From an uncultured delta proteobacterium (GTDB lineage Bacteria > Desulfobacterota > Binatia > UBA9968), in contig CAWFJP010000030.1 of the NCBI GenBank assembly GCA_963816145.1, positions 192,001-256,000 on the forward strand: 64,000 bases of DNA. The letters are read 5' to 3'. This document shows, piece by piece, positions 40,746 through 50,357 of this stretch. The translations under genes were made by a program, and so were the position numbers. Within the stretch, counting starts at the first letter, position 1, and each line of letters opens with the position of its first letter. Below the pieces are notes generated by a model, which searched no databases, was not told where the DNA came from, and saw only the letters and a list, made by a program, of their open reading frames with translations.

Positions 40746-41813
40746 ATGATTATCGATGCCGATGCCCATGTGGTGGAGACCGAACAGACCTGGAGTTATC
40801 TCGACGGCTCGGACAAAAAGTTTCGCCCGCAGCTGTTCAGCTCCGCCGACAACTCCGCCATGCAGTATTGGTTTTGCGAAGGCAAAGCCATTGGCTTTCG
40901 GCCGCCGACTCTCACCGAGCAAGAATTGATCGCGCTCTCGAAAGAAACTGGCCGCGAGTTGAATACCGCCGCCAGCGCGCGCGAGCTGCGCGATGTCGAG
41001 CTGCGCTTGGCGCATATGGATAGGCTGGGCATCGACGTCCAGGTGCTCTTCAACACCATGTGGATCGCTCGGGTCGCCGACAAGGCGGAGGCGGAAATCG
41101 CCCTTTGCGGTTCATGGAACCGCTGGATGGCCGACATGTGGAAGCAGGGGAAAAACCGCTTGCGCTGGTCCTGCGTCGTGCCGGCAATGACCATTAACGA
41201 AGCCTTGCAGCAGATGCGCTTCGCCAAGCAGAACGGCGCCGTGGCGGTGAGCCTGCGACCCTTCGAAGACGACAAGCACTTGGTCGATCCTTATTTCTAT
41301 CCGATCTACCAAGAGGCGACCAAACTCGATCTCGCCATCGCCGTGCATATCGCCAACGGCAGCCCGCAGTTGCTCGATCAATTCAAACCGCGCTACGACA
41401 AGATGGGCGGCTTCGCCCAGTTCCGCGTGCCGACGGTGATCACCTGCCTATCGTTGATGATGAGCGATCTGCCGAAAACCTTTCCCAACTTGCGTTGGGG
41501 CTTCATCGAAGCCTCCGCCCAGTGGGTGCCGTGGGTGGTCAAGGAAGCAACGCGCCGCACGGGAGCGAAAGGTTTTCCCAAGCTGCCGTTCAAAGATTTC
41601 AATATCTACGTCACCACCGAAACCAACGACGACTTCGACTACGTGCTGCGCTACGCCGGCGAGGACAACGTCGTCATCGGCACCGACTTCGGCCACACCG
41701 ACGCCTCGAGCGAAATCGACGCCATCGATATCTTCAGAGCCAACAACGAAGTCACCGACCCGGTGAAAAAGAAAATCCTCGACGACAACCCGCGTAGGCT
41801 TTACGGGTTGTAA
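40746..41813 (+). CDS. Amidohydrolase_2 family protein
   Basis: IIDADAHVVE, GIDVQVLF, AVH, GFIEA...WVP, GTDFGH.D, DNPRRLYGL. Confidence 0.9.
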   Translation: MIIDADAHVVETEQTWSYLDGSDKKFRPQLFSSADNSAMQYWFCEGKAIGFRPPTLTEQELIALSKETGRELNTAASARELRDVELRLAHMDRLGIDVQVLFNTMWIARVADKAEAEIALCGSWNRWMADMWKQGKNRLRWSCVVPAMTINEALQQMRFAKQNGAVAVSLRPFEDDKHLVDPYFYPIYQEATKLDLAIAVHIANGSPQLLDQFKPRYDKMGGFAQFRVPTVITCLSLMMSDLPKTFPNLRWGFIEASAQWVPWVVKEATRRTGAKGFPKLPFKDFNIYVTTETNDDFDYVLRYAGEDNVVIGTDFGHTDASSEIDAIDIFRANNEVTDPVKKKILDDNPRRLYGL

Positions 41814-41917
41814 GGCGAACAGACCTTAAGCACGATGCAGCCTGCCGGAGCAAAACGACCACGGCGGCGCCGCTTCAACCCTCTGTGCGAGCAAAGATTG
41901 ACTCCGGTGGCACCGCC

Positions 41918-43789
41918 TTAACGCTCGGGATCTTTCTGCTCTTCGATTACTAGCCGCTGAGCCTCTTCGTCGGACAACGACTCCAATTCGTCGAGTAGCG
42001 TCATCAGGCCCTGGCCATCCAAAGTCTTTCCTCGATGGGCTGAGATTACCGCCGCCATAGCCTGGACGGTCGGAGATTCGAATATCGCTCGCAGCGGTAT
42101 TGCCAGCTGGAAATCATGGATCACTCGGTACACGACTCGATTGGCGGTCAGGGAATGGCCTCCCAGGTCGAAAAAATTGTCGTGGATGCCAATCGGTCGC
42201 ACATCGAGCACGTCCTCCCAGACTTGGACTAATGTCGATTGCGTCTCGTTCTGCGGCGCGGCGTATGACACGGCGAGCTTCGGCCGTCCACGATCGGGTT
42301 TAGGCAATGACCGGCGATCCAACTTCCCGTTCGTCAGCGGCAAACTGTCCATAAATACAAAAGTAGACGGCACCATGTAATCGGGCAGTTTGCTTCTGAT
42401 AAAGTTTTTCAGGTCGCTCACATTGAGAACAGCTTCCGGGCGCGCGACGATGTAACCGACCAAATACTCCTCTCCGAGCTCGCGGTTCCATGCCGTGACG
42501 CCGGCGTCCTTGACCTGAGGGTGGGCGAGCAATGCCCTCTCAATTTCGCCCAACTCCACCCGGAAACCGCGAATCTTCACCATCAGATCCTTTCGTCCCA
42601 GGTGGATCACGAATCCGTCCGGCAACATTCGGCCGAGATCGCCGGTCGGAAATAGGGTCTCGTCGGCGTTGTGAGAGTTCAGGGTTGTGGAAGACGGACG
42701 GCGGAACGGCCGGTTGAGGTATCGAGTTCGGACTGTGATCTCGCCGGTCTGCCCGGGTTGCGCTATGTTTCCATCCTCGCCGACTATCAGGATTCCCCTT
42801 CCGGGCCGCGGATATCCGACGGGAACCCCCTCCGCCGGCAGCTTGAAGTCTTGATCTATGAGGAAGGAAGCGAAGGTGTGCGTTTCCGTCGAGCCGATGG
42901 AAATTTCGCAGGTCGTTCTCGCCGGGAAATGCTTTCTATAGAGCTCGATTTCGACGTTGGACACGGGAGCGCCCGACAGATTGATCAGGCGCAAGGCGGA
43001 AAAGTTCATGCCGACCGGCAGCGACTGCGCGAACTGGCGAAACACCGCCGGCGTCGAATGAAAGCATGTGATTTGCTCCTCAAGCAACCAGTGCGGTATT
43101 CGATCTACCCCTTCGGTGCTGATATCGAAGGGATATATCGAGGCTCCGTTCAGCAAGGATTGATAGAGGTTTATGTGAGATGAACCAAAAGCAATGGAAT
43201 GAAACAGGGTGAGCTTGTCGTCAACACCGATCTTGTTTATCCGGCCGTGGATGACGCCGTTGAACACGATATTCTTATGGGGGCATACGATACCCTTGGG
43301 CGTTCCTGTCGATCCTGAAGTATACAGGAGACACGCCGGATCCTCGCCTTCGATGGAAAGTCCCGGGTTGTCGGCGGCAATCGACTGATCGAGCTGGTCA
43401 ACATTCAACCAACCCATCGACCGGCGCAGCTTCGGATTGGCGAGCCGCTCACCGCGGCTATTCGATAGCAACAAGCTAGCCCCGGTATCCGCGAGCATTC
43501 GAGCCTGTCTTTCGTCTGGAAGCGAGGGGTCCAGTCCTAGGTAGAATTTGCCGGCCTTTAACACTCCTAAGATTGCCGGGAACATGTCGATTCCATGTTG
43601 GAACAACAAAGGTATCGGCTCGCTCGTCGCGCCTCGCTGACTCAGGACTGCGTGCGCGATAAGATTCGCGGCGCGGTTGAGCTGATCGTAGGTCAGCGAC
43701 TGGCCCCCGTCCTTGACTGCCAGGCGTTCGGGATAAAGGCGCGCGATGCTCTCAAAGCGCGCGGGAATCGACGTTTCCACATTCTCCAT
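41918..43789 (-). CDS. Stand-alone NRPS-like adenylation + carrier (A-T) protein
   Basis: LTYDQLN, YTSGSTGTPKG, TGDLG, GRKD.MVKIRGFRVELGEIE, LPDYMVPS, NGKLDR, NFFDLGGHSL. Confidence 0.92.
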   Translation of the reverse strand: MENVETSIPARFESIARLYPERLAVKDGGQSLTYDQLNRAANLIAHAVLSQRGATSEPIPLLFQHGIDMFPAILGVLKAGKFYLGLDPSLPDERQARMLADTGASLLLSNSRGERLANPKLRRSMGWLNVDQLDQSIAADNPGLSIEGEDPACLLYTSGSTGTPKGIVCPHKNIVFNGVIHGRINKIGVDDKLTLFHSIAFGSSHINLYQSLLNGASIYPFDISTEGVDRIPHWLLEEQITCFHSTPAVFRQFAQSLPVGMNFSALRLINLSGAPVSNVEIELYRKHFPARTTCEISIGSTETHTFASFLIDQDFKLPAEGVPVGYPRPGRGILIVGEDGNIAQPGQTGEITVRTRYLNRPFRRPSSTTLNSHNADETLFPTGDLGRMLPDGFVIHLGRKDLMVKIRGFRVELGEIERALLAHPQVKDAGVTAWNRELGEEYLVGYIVARPEAVLNVSDLKNFIRSKLPDYMVPSTFVFMDSLPLTNGKLDRRSLPKPDRGRPKLAVSYAAPQNETQSTLVQVWEDVLDVRPIGIHDNFFDLGGHSLTANRVVYRVIHDFQLAIPLRAIFESPTVQAMAAVISAHRGKTLDGQGLMTLLDELESLSDEEAQRLVIEEQKDPER

Positions 43790-43939
43790 GAACTAACTCA
43801 ACGAACATTTCGAGGGATGAACCTTCCCTCAATCGTCCTTCGGCAAGACCGGAAATTAAGGGCACCCGACCAGCCTGCCGATTCGTTTCTGTCCGGACCT
43901 TGCCCATTCCGTCAGAACTTATTGTAGGCCATGTCGATG

Positions 43940-44049
43940 CGCTGCGACAAGCCGGCGGCTTCGCCTAGTTCCGCGTGCCGACTGTGATCACCTGCCTGTC
44001 GTTGATGATGAGCGAGCTGCCGAAAACCTTTCCCAAGCTGCCGTTCAAA
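43940..44049 (+). pseudogene. Orphan copy of part of the 3' half of amidohydrolase 40746..41813
   Basis: Matches 41391-41488 then 41574-41594 (93-bp deletion between tttcccaa repeats); CAG>TAG at 43966. Confidence 0.88.
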
Positions 44050-44064
44050 TGTTTAGTCCGTTCG

Positions 44065-44661
44065 TTACAGCGGCCGAATTTGCAGCTTGCGGAACTTTAC
44101 CAGGCCACGGGTGTACTGGATAGCGATCCGCCCACTGGTGAATCTGCTGTCCCGGCCTTCGGCTGTGCGCTCGCCGTTGAGCATGACGGTCATCAGCGAA
44201 CCTTTCGCAGTGATCTCCATGGTGTTCCATCGTCCGCCCGCCTTCGGAATGGGTGGCGACACTTTGGCAATGTCGACGATTGCGCCGGTGCTATAAGCGG
44301 CCTCCGGACGATCGTCGTTGATATTCACTTCGTAGCAGATGGCCGAGCTGATCTTTTGCGGATCGCCGCAGCGAATGAAAATGCCGCTATTGGCCGGCGT
44401 ATCGACCCAGAACTCCGCGCGGATCTGCAAGTCGGTATACGAGTTCTTCGACACCAAATAGCCATTGCCCTGATCCGCTTGCACGACGCCGTCCAGCACC
44501 CGCCAATTGGCTTTACCGACGGTGGTCCAGTGATCCAAGTTGGTGCCGTCGAGCAGCGTGATCCAGCCGGAGTCCGTCGGCTCGCCTGCCTGGTGAACGC
44601 AGCCGGAGATTGGCAGACCGAACAAAGCCAGCAGCACCCCCATCGCTCGCAAATGATTCAT
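44065..44661 (-). CDS. DUF1080 (3-keto-disaccharide hydrolase-like) protein
   Basis: GW..L.DG..L..W, W.V.DG, NSGIFIR, YEVNI.D, TGAI, WNT.EI.A.G, G.IAIQ, VKFR.LQIR.L. Confidence 0.88.
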   Translation of the reverse strand: MNHLRAMGVLLALFGLPISGCVHQAGEPTDSGWITLLDGTNLDHWTTVGKANWRVLDGVVQADQGNGYLVSKNSYTDLQIRAEFWVDTPANSGIFIRCGDPQKISSAICYEVNINDDRPEAAYSTGAIVDIAKVSPPIPKAGGRWNTMEITAKGSLMTVMLNGERTAEGRDSRFTSGRIAIQYTRGLVKFRKLQIRPL

Positions 44662-44682
44662 GTTAAATCCCCCGCGCGATCC

Positions 44683-45069
44683 TTATATGACCTTGGCGCC
44701 GCGCTCGACCAACAATCGACGGAGCAACGAACGATGGCAGCGCGCCTCATCGTCGCAGTAGCAACCGACCGAGAAGTCGGTTCCATGAGAGAGAGCCGCC
44801 AGCAAATCGAGCACCCGACTATTTTCAGGACTGGCCATCTCGTGGCGATAGCGCTTCACGAAAGCGGCCCACTGGCGGTCGTTTTCAGCCGTGAGCGCAA
44901 GTTTGACCGTTGCAGACGTGGGGGACAAATTGGGCAGCCAGACGTCGTACCAGTTGCCTGATGAAAACTTGGACTTGGATACGCCGCGCGGCGGCCTGCG
45001 CACCGTACCGATGCGCAAGCCCTCATTGGGAAATCTTTTACTGCCAAGACGAACGATTCGGATAGCCAT
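44683..45069 (-). CDS. DUF488 family protein
   Basis: IRIVRLG, RIGTVRRPPRGV.K, YDVWLP.LSP, CYC.DE..CHRS.L. Confidence 0.85.
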   Translation of the reverse strand: MAIRIVRLGSKRFPNEGLRIGTVRRPPRGVSKSKFSSGNWYDVWLPNLSPTSATVKLALTAENDRQWAAFVKRYRHEMASPENSRVLDLLAALSHGTDFSVGCYCDDEARCHRSLLRRLLVERGAKVI

Positions 45070-45229
45070 AGGGTTCCGCCTTTCAGGCGCTGGACTCAGC
45101 ACACAGAAAATAGTCTCGTAGCATTTTTTCAGCGCAATCCACCAACCCGTTTGTAGCACGATTTGACATGCACAATCTGCTAATTAATAGTCAACCGAGC
45201 CCAATTCATCAGAGAAGGACATTGCCCGC

Positions 45230-46621
45230 ATGCCCAAAGACCTGCGCAGTTTCATCGCTGAAATCGAAGTCAAACATCCCGAAGAACTGGCGCGGGTGGC
45301 GAGAGCGATCTCGCCGCGCTATGAGATCACGGCGTTATTGACACAGTTGGAAAAGGCCAAACGATTTCCACTGCTCTACTGCGAGAAGGTCGAAGGCGGT
45401 GATGCCCCGGTGGTGATCAACGCGCAAGCGAGCCGCAAGCTGATGGCGCTGGCGCTGGAGTGCAAGCCGGAAGAGCTGGCGGCGAAGTTCACCGAGCGCC
45501 AAGGCAAGCCGATCGCGCCGGTGGAAGTTGCCGACGCGCCGGTGCAGCAAGTCGTCAAGCTTGGCGACGACATCGATCTGACCAAAGTGCCGCTCCTCAC
45601 CCACTACGATGTCAACGCCGCGCCCTACGTTACCGCCGGCATCGTCGTCGCGGCCGATCCCGATAGCGGCGTGCGCAACACCAGCTACAACCGCTTGATG
45701 ATGGCGGGCAAACGCGAGCTGCGCATCTTCATGGCCATCGGCCGCCACCTATGGACGCTGCACAACAAGATGGAGCGGCACAACGAAGCCCTGCCCATCG
45801 CCATCGTCGTCGGCGTCCATCCGCTCTTTTCGCTTGGCGCTCAGGCTTTCACACCATCCACCGACGATGAATACGCCGTCATCGGCGGCATGATGAACGA
45901 ACCGCTGCGCGTCGTGAAAGCCAAAACCATCCCCGTGCTCGTGCCCGCCGACGCGGAGCTGATCATTGAAGGGAAGATTCTGCCGGATATTCGACGCGAA
46001 GAAGGCCCCTTCGGTGAGTTCACCGGCCATGCGGTCTCCAAAGATGAACGCCCGGTGGTCGAGGTGACGGCGATCACGCACCGTAAGAACTATATTTTCC
46101 AAGACGTCCATGCCGGTTACACTGAGCATAAACTCATGGGCGCGGTGCCGCGCGAAGCGGCGCTCATCCGCGCCGTGCGCCAAACCGTGCCGACAGTGAA
46201 AAACGTCTGTATGCCGGTGTCGGGCAACTGCCGTTTTCACGCCTATATTTCGATAGCCAAGCGCGGCCCCGGCCAGGCGAAAAACGCCATTTGCGCCGCC
46301 TTCGCCTCAGACATGCTGCTCAAACATGTCGTCATTGTCGACGACGACATCGATGTCTTCGATGAAGAACAAGTGCTCTGGGCGGTGTCGAACCGCTTTC
46401 AAGCCGACAAAGACCTGGTAGTCATCGCCCACGCTCAGGGCAGCGAACTCGATCCCTCCGCCGGCCCCGGCGGTGTCAACGCCAAGATGGGCCTGGACGC
46501 GACCAAACCGCTAACTGGCTTCGCGCCGGAACTGCGTGTGCCGGATGACGTGATGCGGAAAATTCGGCTGGAAGATTTCTTGCCGACAAAAACTCGGTCA
46601 GGGGTGAAGGGTCAGGGGTGA
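45230..46621 (+). CDS. UbiD-family decarboxylase
   Basis: DLRSFI, PYVTAG, N.SYNR, EGPFGEFTGH, VDDDID, KMGLDAT. Confidence 0.92.
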   Translation: MPKDLRSFIAEIEVKHPEELARVARAISPRYEITALLTQLEKAKRFPLLYCEKVEGGDAPVVINAQASRKLMALALECKPEELAAKFTERQGKPIAPVEVADAPVQQVVKLGDDIDLTKVPLLTHYDVNAAPYVTAGIVVAADPDSGVRNTSYNRLMMAGKRELRIFMAIGRHLWTLHNKMERHNEALPIAIVVGVHPLFSLGAQAFTPSTDDEYAVIGGMMNEPLRVVKAKTIPVLVPADAELIIEGKILPDIRREEGPFGEFTGHAVSKDERPVVEVTAITHRKNYIFQDVHAGYTEHKLMGAVPREAALIRAVRQTVPTVKNVCMPVSGNCRFHAYISIAKRGPGQAKNAICAAFASDMLLKHVVIVDDDIDVFDEEQVLWAVSNRFQADKDLVVIAHAQGSELDPSAGPGGVNAKMGLDATKPLTGFAPELRVPDDVMRKIRLEDFLPTKTRSGVKGQG

Positions 46622-46670
46622 GGCGACCTCTCATCCGCCCAACGCTTTATCCTTCACCCCTAACCCCTTT
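46600..46670. repeat. 7-mer palindrome (AGGGGTG/CACCCCT) overlapping the UbiD stop
   Basis: aggggtgaagggtcaggggtgaggcga...tttatccttcacccctaacccctt. Confidence 0.7.
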
Positions 46671-46685
46671 CGATTTGCCCCAATG

Positions 46686-47657
46686 TTACTCCAACGAAAA
46701 CCTCACACCAGCACCCTGCTCCACCGCCCAGCGATACGCCCACGCCGCCGCCACGGTATCCCAGATCGCCATTCCGACGGATTCGAAGACGACGGTTTGG
46801 TTTTCGCGCACGCGGCGGGGAATTTTTCCCAGGATGACGTCGCCCAGCTCGCCGGCGATTTTCTCCGCCGACCAACTACCGTCGGCGATCATCGCCATGT
46901 AGGGCTGGCGCGGTGCTTCGCCGCCGAGGAGCTCTTCTTTCCAGGACACGATGACACGGGAGTGTGTCACCGTCTGGCGCGGCAGTTGCCCGCTGGTGAT
47001 GGAAACAACCAGCGCGCCCGGTTCGATCCATTCCGATTCGATCACGGTCGAGCGCGAACTGGTTGCCAAGCTGACGATCGGTTGGTTTTCGACCGCATTT
47101 TTTGCACTCTCGACAGCTTCGACTTCAATATTAAGAAATGCGCTCATCTCCTTGGCGAACGACTCGCGATGCTCTTTCGTCGAGCTGAAAACTTTTACTT
47201 TCTTCAGCCCCGGCAGCGCCCGGGCGACCGCGGTGATTTGACCGCGGGCTTGCCGACCGCTGCCGACCAGGCCGAGGGTATCCGCCCCTTTGGGCGCCAG
47301 ATATTTACAGGCAACACCGCCCGGTGCGCCAGTGCGCCAAATGTTCAGATTTTTCCCGGCCACGAGCGCGAGCAGATCGCCGCTCTCGCCGTCGAAGAGC
47401 ACGATAAAATACGCATCCTTGGCGCCCCGGAAAAGCGCGCTAACACGCATGCCCTGGCCCGCCCCCGGCACGGCGGAAGTCATAATGCGGTATTTATTCT
47501 TGGGTTCGAGCAGGCTGGTTTCGATGCGCGCCTGTCCGGCAATTTTGGCGCTGTTGAAATCTCCCATCGAAGCTTCGATCAACGGCAGTAGCGCGTCCAT
47601 ATTCTCCGGCTGGTAGTATAAGGGAGCCAAATCTTTCTCACCGAGCAGTAATGGCAT
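46686..47657 (-). CDS. Ornithine cyclodeaminase / mu-crystallin family
   Basis: LFDGESG.LLA, RTGA, GLVGSGRQA, ELGDVI.G, FESVGMAIWD; GGAGGA RBS before ATG 47657. Confidence 0.88.
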   Translation of the reverse strand: MPLLLGEKDLAPLYYQPENMDALLPLIEASMGDFNSAKIAGQARIETSLLEPKNKYRIMTSAVPGAGQGMRVSALFRGAKDAYFIVLFDGESGDLLALVAGKNLNIWRTGAPGGVACKYLAPKGADTLGLVGSGRQARGQITAVARALPGLKKVKVFSSTKEHRESFAKEMSAFLNIEVEAVESAKNAVENQPIVSLATSSRSTVIESEWIEPGALVVSITSGQLPRQTVTHSRVIVSWKEELLGGEAPRQPYMAMIADGSWSAEKIAGELGDVILGKIPRRVRENQTVVFESVGMAIWDTVAAAWAYRWAVEQGAGVRFSLE

Positions 47658-47741
47658 GGTATAATCCTCCAGATTCAATCGACATTCTAAGTCCAGTCGG
47701 GGTGGTCGCTGTTAAGCCCCGGCCAAAGGGTAAAGTTCTAG

Positions 47742-47770
47742 TTGACATACTGGTATCTGACGGATAGCTT
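47742..47770 (+). promoter_or_regulatory. Sigma-70-like promoter of the amidase-actin operon
   Basis: TTGACA-N17-TAGCTT, 38 nt before ATG 47809. Confidence 0.55.
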
Positions 47771-47808
47771 TTTCTCAATTCGCGCGAGCTTTCTCGACAA
47801 TTTTTTAA

Positions 47809-48804
47809 ATGGCGGTCTCTGACAATACCAAGGCGAAACTCCTGCGCGGCGTGGTGCAGGATAACGTCGACATCGTCCAGGGCGTTCGGACCAAACGCGC
47901 CAGCAAGCGCAAAGTGTCGCTACGCTACTGGTTTTCAGCGGGCATCGGCGTCGCAGGGCTGGCCTATTTGACGGCCCCCTCGCAAGTGGTTTCCACGGCC
48001 AACACGACGCCAACCGATGCGATCGGCACAGTTTCTGCCACCAATATCGCGCAAACACCGGAATCCGCGGCGCCGCTCGATTCGCCCCGGCCGTTGGACA
48101 AAAAAGCAGTGCCGCTGGCGATCAAGCGGATCGTTATCGATCCTGGCCATGGCGGCGAGCCCGGCGCCATATCGGACTCGGGCGTCATGGAAAAAGAAAT
48201 CACCCTGGACGTGGCACTGCGCCTGCGCCGGCTCATGGCGAAAGAGCCCTATGAAATCCTCCTCACGCGCCAAACCGACCAATTGGTGTCGCTCGACAAG
48301 CGGGTGGCGTTTGCCAATGAAAACAAGGGCGATCTATTCGTCTCGATCCATGTCAACTCGATGGAACCGAAAACCCTTCGCGCCCTGGAAACTTATTATG
48401 TCGGCCCCACTGACGACCCGGCGACGCTCAGGCTGGCAAGCATCGAGAACAAGGACTCGGGCTACTCGCTATCGGACTATAAGAAGATCTTGGAAAAGAT
48501 CTATGTCGACGAGCGCCATGACGAATCCAGGATCTTGGCCAAAACGATCCAAGCCCAGCTGCATCATTCACTTAAACCCGTCAATCCGGCACTGGAAAAC
48601 CGCGGCGTCAAAACCGCCCCGTTTGTGGTCCTGATCGGCACGCAAATGCCGGCTATCCTGGTCGAGATCTCGGCGCTATCCAACGGGGAAGAAGTGAAGT
48701 TATTGACAAAAGAAGATTATCGCGAAAATATCGCCCTGGCCCTGCTCCAGGGCATCAAGAACTACGCGCGCAATTTCAACGTTCCCGCGAGGAAAGGCAA
48801 TTAG
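47809..48804 (+). CDS. N-acetylmuramoyl-L-alanine amidase (Amidase_3) with N-terminal tail and hydrophobic anchor
   Basis: IVIDPGHGG, EKEITL, LTR, FVSIHVN, GVKTAPFVVL....PAILVE...LSN. Confidence 0.93.
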   Translation: MAVSDNTKAKLLRGVVQDNVDIVQGVRTKRASKRKVSLRYWFSAGIGVAGLAYLTAPSQVVSTANTTPTDAIGTVSATNIAQTPESAAPLDSPRPLDKKAVPLAIKRIVIDPGHGGEPGAISDSGVMEKEITLDVALRLRRLMAKEPYEILLTRQTDQLVSLDKRVAFANENKGDLFVSIHVNSMEPKTLRALETYYVGPTDDPATLRLASIENKDSGYSLSDYKKILEKIYVDERHDESRILAKTIQAQLHHSLKPVNPALENRGVKTAPFVVLIGTQMPAILVEISALSNGEEVKLLTKEDYRENIALALLQGIKNYARNFNVPARKGN

Positions 48805-48807
48805 GTC

Positions 48808-49839
48808 ATGGAAGAAAGCAACGAACCCCTTTGTGTCGGCATCGATCTCGGCACCTCACGCAGCTCGATCTCCGCGTCCAACGGCGAACGCCATGTGATC
48901 GACAGCTACGTCGGTTGGCCCCTGGACATGGTGGCGCGCAAGATCGTCAAGAAAAGCGTATTAATCGGTCGCGAGGCGCTCGATAACCGCTCCATGCTCG
49001 ATCTGCGCCGCCCGCTCGAACGGGGCATCATGAAAGAAGGCTCGGAAAAGGACCAAGAAGCCGTGCAGGAGATCTTGAAACATCTAATCAATCTGGCCGG
49101 CATCAAACAAAAGGGTAAAAACAAGTCGAAAGTTCGCGCCGTGGTCGGCGTCCCCGCGGAAGCCTTTCGGGTCAGTCGGCAGAACTTGCGCAATACCATG
49201 GAAGGTATCGCCGACAGCGTCATGCTGGTTTCCGAGCCCTTTGCCGTGGCCTATGGGCTGGAAGCGCTGCTGCACGCCCTGGTGATCGACATCGGCGCTG
49301 GGACGGCGGACTTTTGCGTCATGCAAGGGCGCTATCCCACCGAAGACGACCAGCGAACTTTATCTGCCGCCGGTGATTCCATCGATGAGCAGTTGGAAAA
49401 ATTGATTCGCGAACACTACCCTGAGGCGCAGTTCTCGGTGCACATGATTCGCCAATGGAAGGAACGTTATAGCTTTGTCGGTGAACCCAAAGACCGGATT
49501 ATCGTTACCGCGCCGGTAAAGGGCAAAGTCACCGACCTCGATATTACTACTGAGATGCGCGCCGCCTGCGAAAGTATCCTGCCGCCGATCTGCGAGACCT
49601 TGCAAGATATACTATCGAAAGTGGAGCCGGACTTCCAGGACAAAGTCCGCAACAATGTCATCCTCGCCGGCGGGAGCTCCCTGATTAGCGGATTGACCGA
49701 TGCGATCCAGAAATCGCTGGCCGAACTTGGCGGCGGCCGGGCGACGGTAGTCAAAGATCCGGTATTCGCCGGCTGCGACGGCGGCTTGGCCATCGCCCGC
49801 GATGCGTCAAGTTCGGATTGGGAGAAGCTGTCGCTGTAA
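48808..49839 (+). CDS. MamK-like bacterial actin
   Basis: GIDLGTS, S.VGWP.D, R..LDLR.PL..G, VVGVPA, VSEPFAVAYGL, IDIGAGT.D.C.M.G..P...DQ.TL..AG, KE..SFVG, ACE...P, L....P..Q.....NVILAGG.S.I.GL, VKDP.F.GC.G.L..A; from memory these match MamK better than MreB. Confidence 0.85.
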   Translation: MEESNEPLCVGIDLGTSRSSISASNGERHVIDSYVGWPLDMVARKIVKKSVLIGREALDNRSMLDLRRPLERGIMKEGSEKDQEAVQEILKHLINLAGIKQKGKNKSKVRAVVGVPAEAFRVSRQNLRNTMEGIADSVMLVSEPFAVAYGLEALLHALVIDIGAGTADFCVMQGRYPTEDDQRTLSAAGDSIDEQLEKLIREHYPEAQFSVHMIRQWKERYSFVGEPKDRIIVTAPVKGKVTDLDITTEMRAACESILPPICETLQDILSKVEPDFQDKVRNNVILAGGSSLISGLTDAIQKSLAELGGGRATVVKDPVFAGCDGGLAIARDASSSDWEKLSL

Positions 49840-49865
49840 GTTCCGCCGGCGAATAATCCCAAGCC

Positions 49866-50210
49866 ATGGAAAGTTGGACGAACTGCTCGCTGGCGTTCGC
49901 CGCCGGCATAGGCGTGGGCATCGCCCTGATACACGTAAAGCCCTATCTATTCGCCGCCAAGAAACGCCGCACCGAGCTAGTCGTCGCGCGCAGCCGTATT
50001 CTTGCCGGTATCAAAGAAAAACATGAGGAAGAAATCTTAGATGAAGCCTTTCGCACCACCGAAGCGATTAAAGGCGAACTAGATAAATCGCTGCAAACAC
50101 TGCGACGCACTCTAAACGCGGTCACGATCCCGACGGTTCCCGACTCCCCACAGCTCAAACCGATCATTCAATTATCGAACCCAGTCAAGTCGGGGCCATC
50201 GACATCCTAG
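49866..50210 (+). CDS. Hypothetical small membrane protein with predicted helical/coiled region
   Basis: N-terminal hydrophobic LAFAAGIGVGIALIHV, then a charged helix; 26 nt after the actin gene. Confidence 0.6.
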   Translation: MESWTNCSLAFAAGIGVGIALIHVKPYLFAAKKRRTELVVARSRILAGIKEKHEEEILDEAFRTTEAIKGELDKSLQTLRRTLNAVTIPTVPDSPQLKPIIQLSNPVKSGPSTS

Positions 50211-50357
50211 GTTTGCCGCAGACTTTGCTTGCGCCCGCCGCTAGGCACGGCGCACTTTGCAACTCAGCATATTGACAAGCAGCGGCGGGAATTGGATAAG
50301 TGCCTGCGGAGGCTTTGCGAATGAAATTTTGAAGGGAGTGTTGGCGACACTGCTCGC

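Noticed and set aside
43975-44961. 328-aa plus-strand ORF starting with amidohydrolase-like residues
   Set aside because: Chance read-through from the orphan fragment into the antisense of DUF1080 and DUF488.
47809-50210. Magnetosome gene island
   Set aside because: Only the MamK-like actin is present; no mamA/B/E/I/M/Q-like or feo genes nearby.
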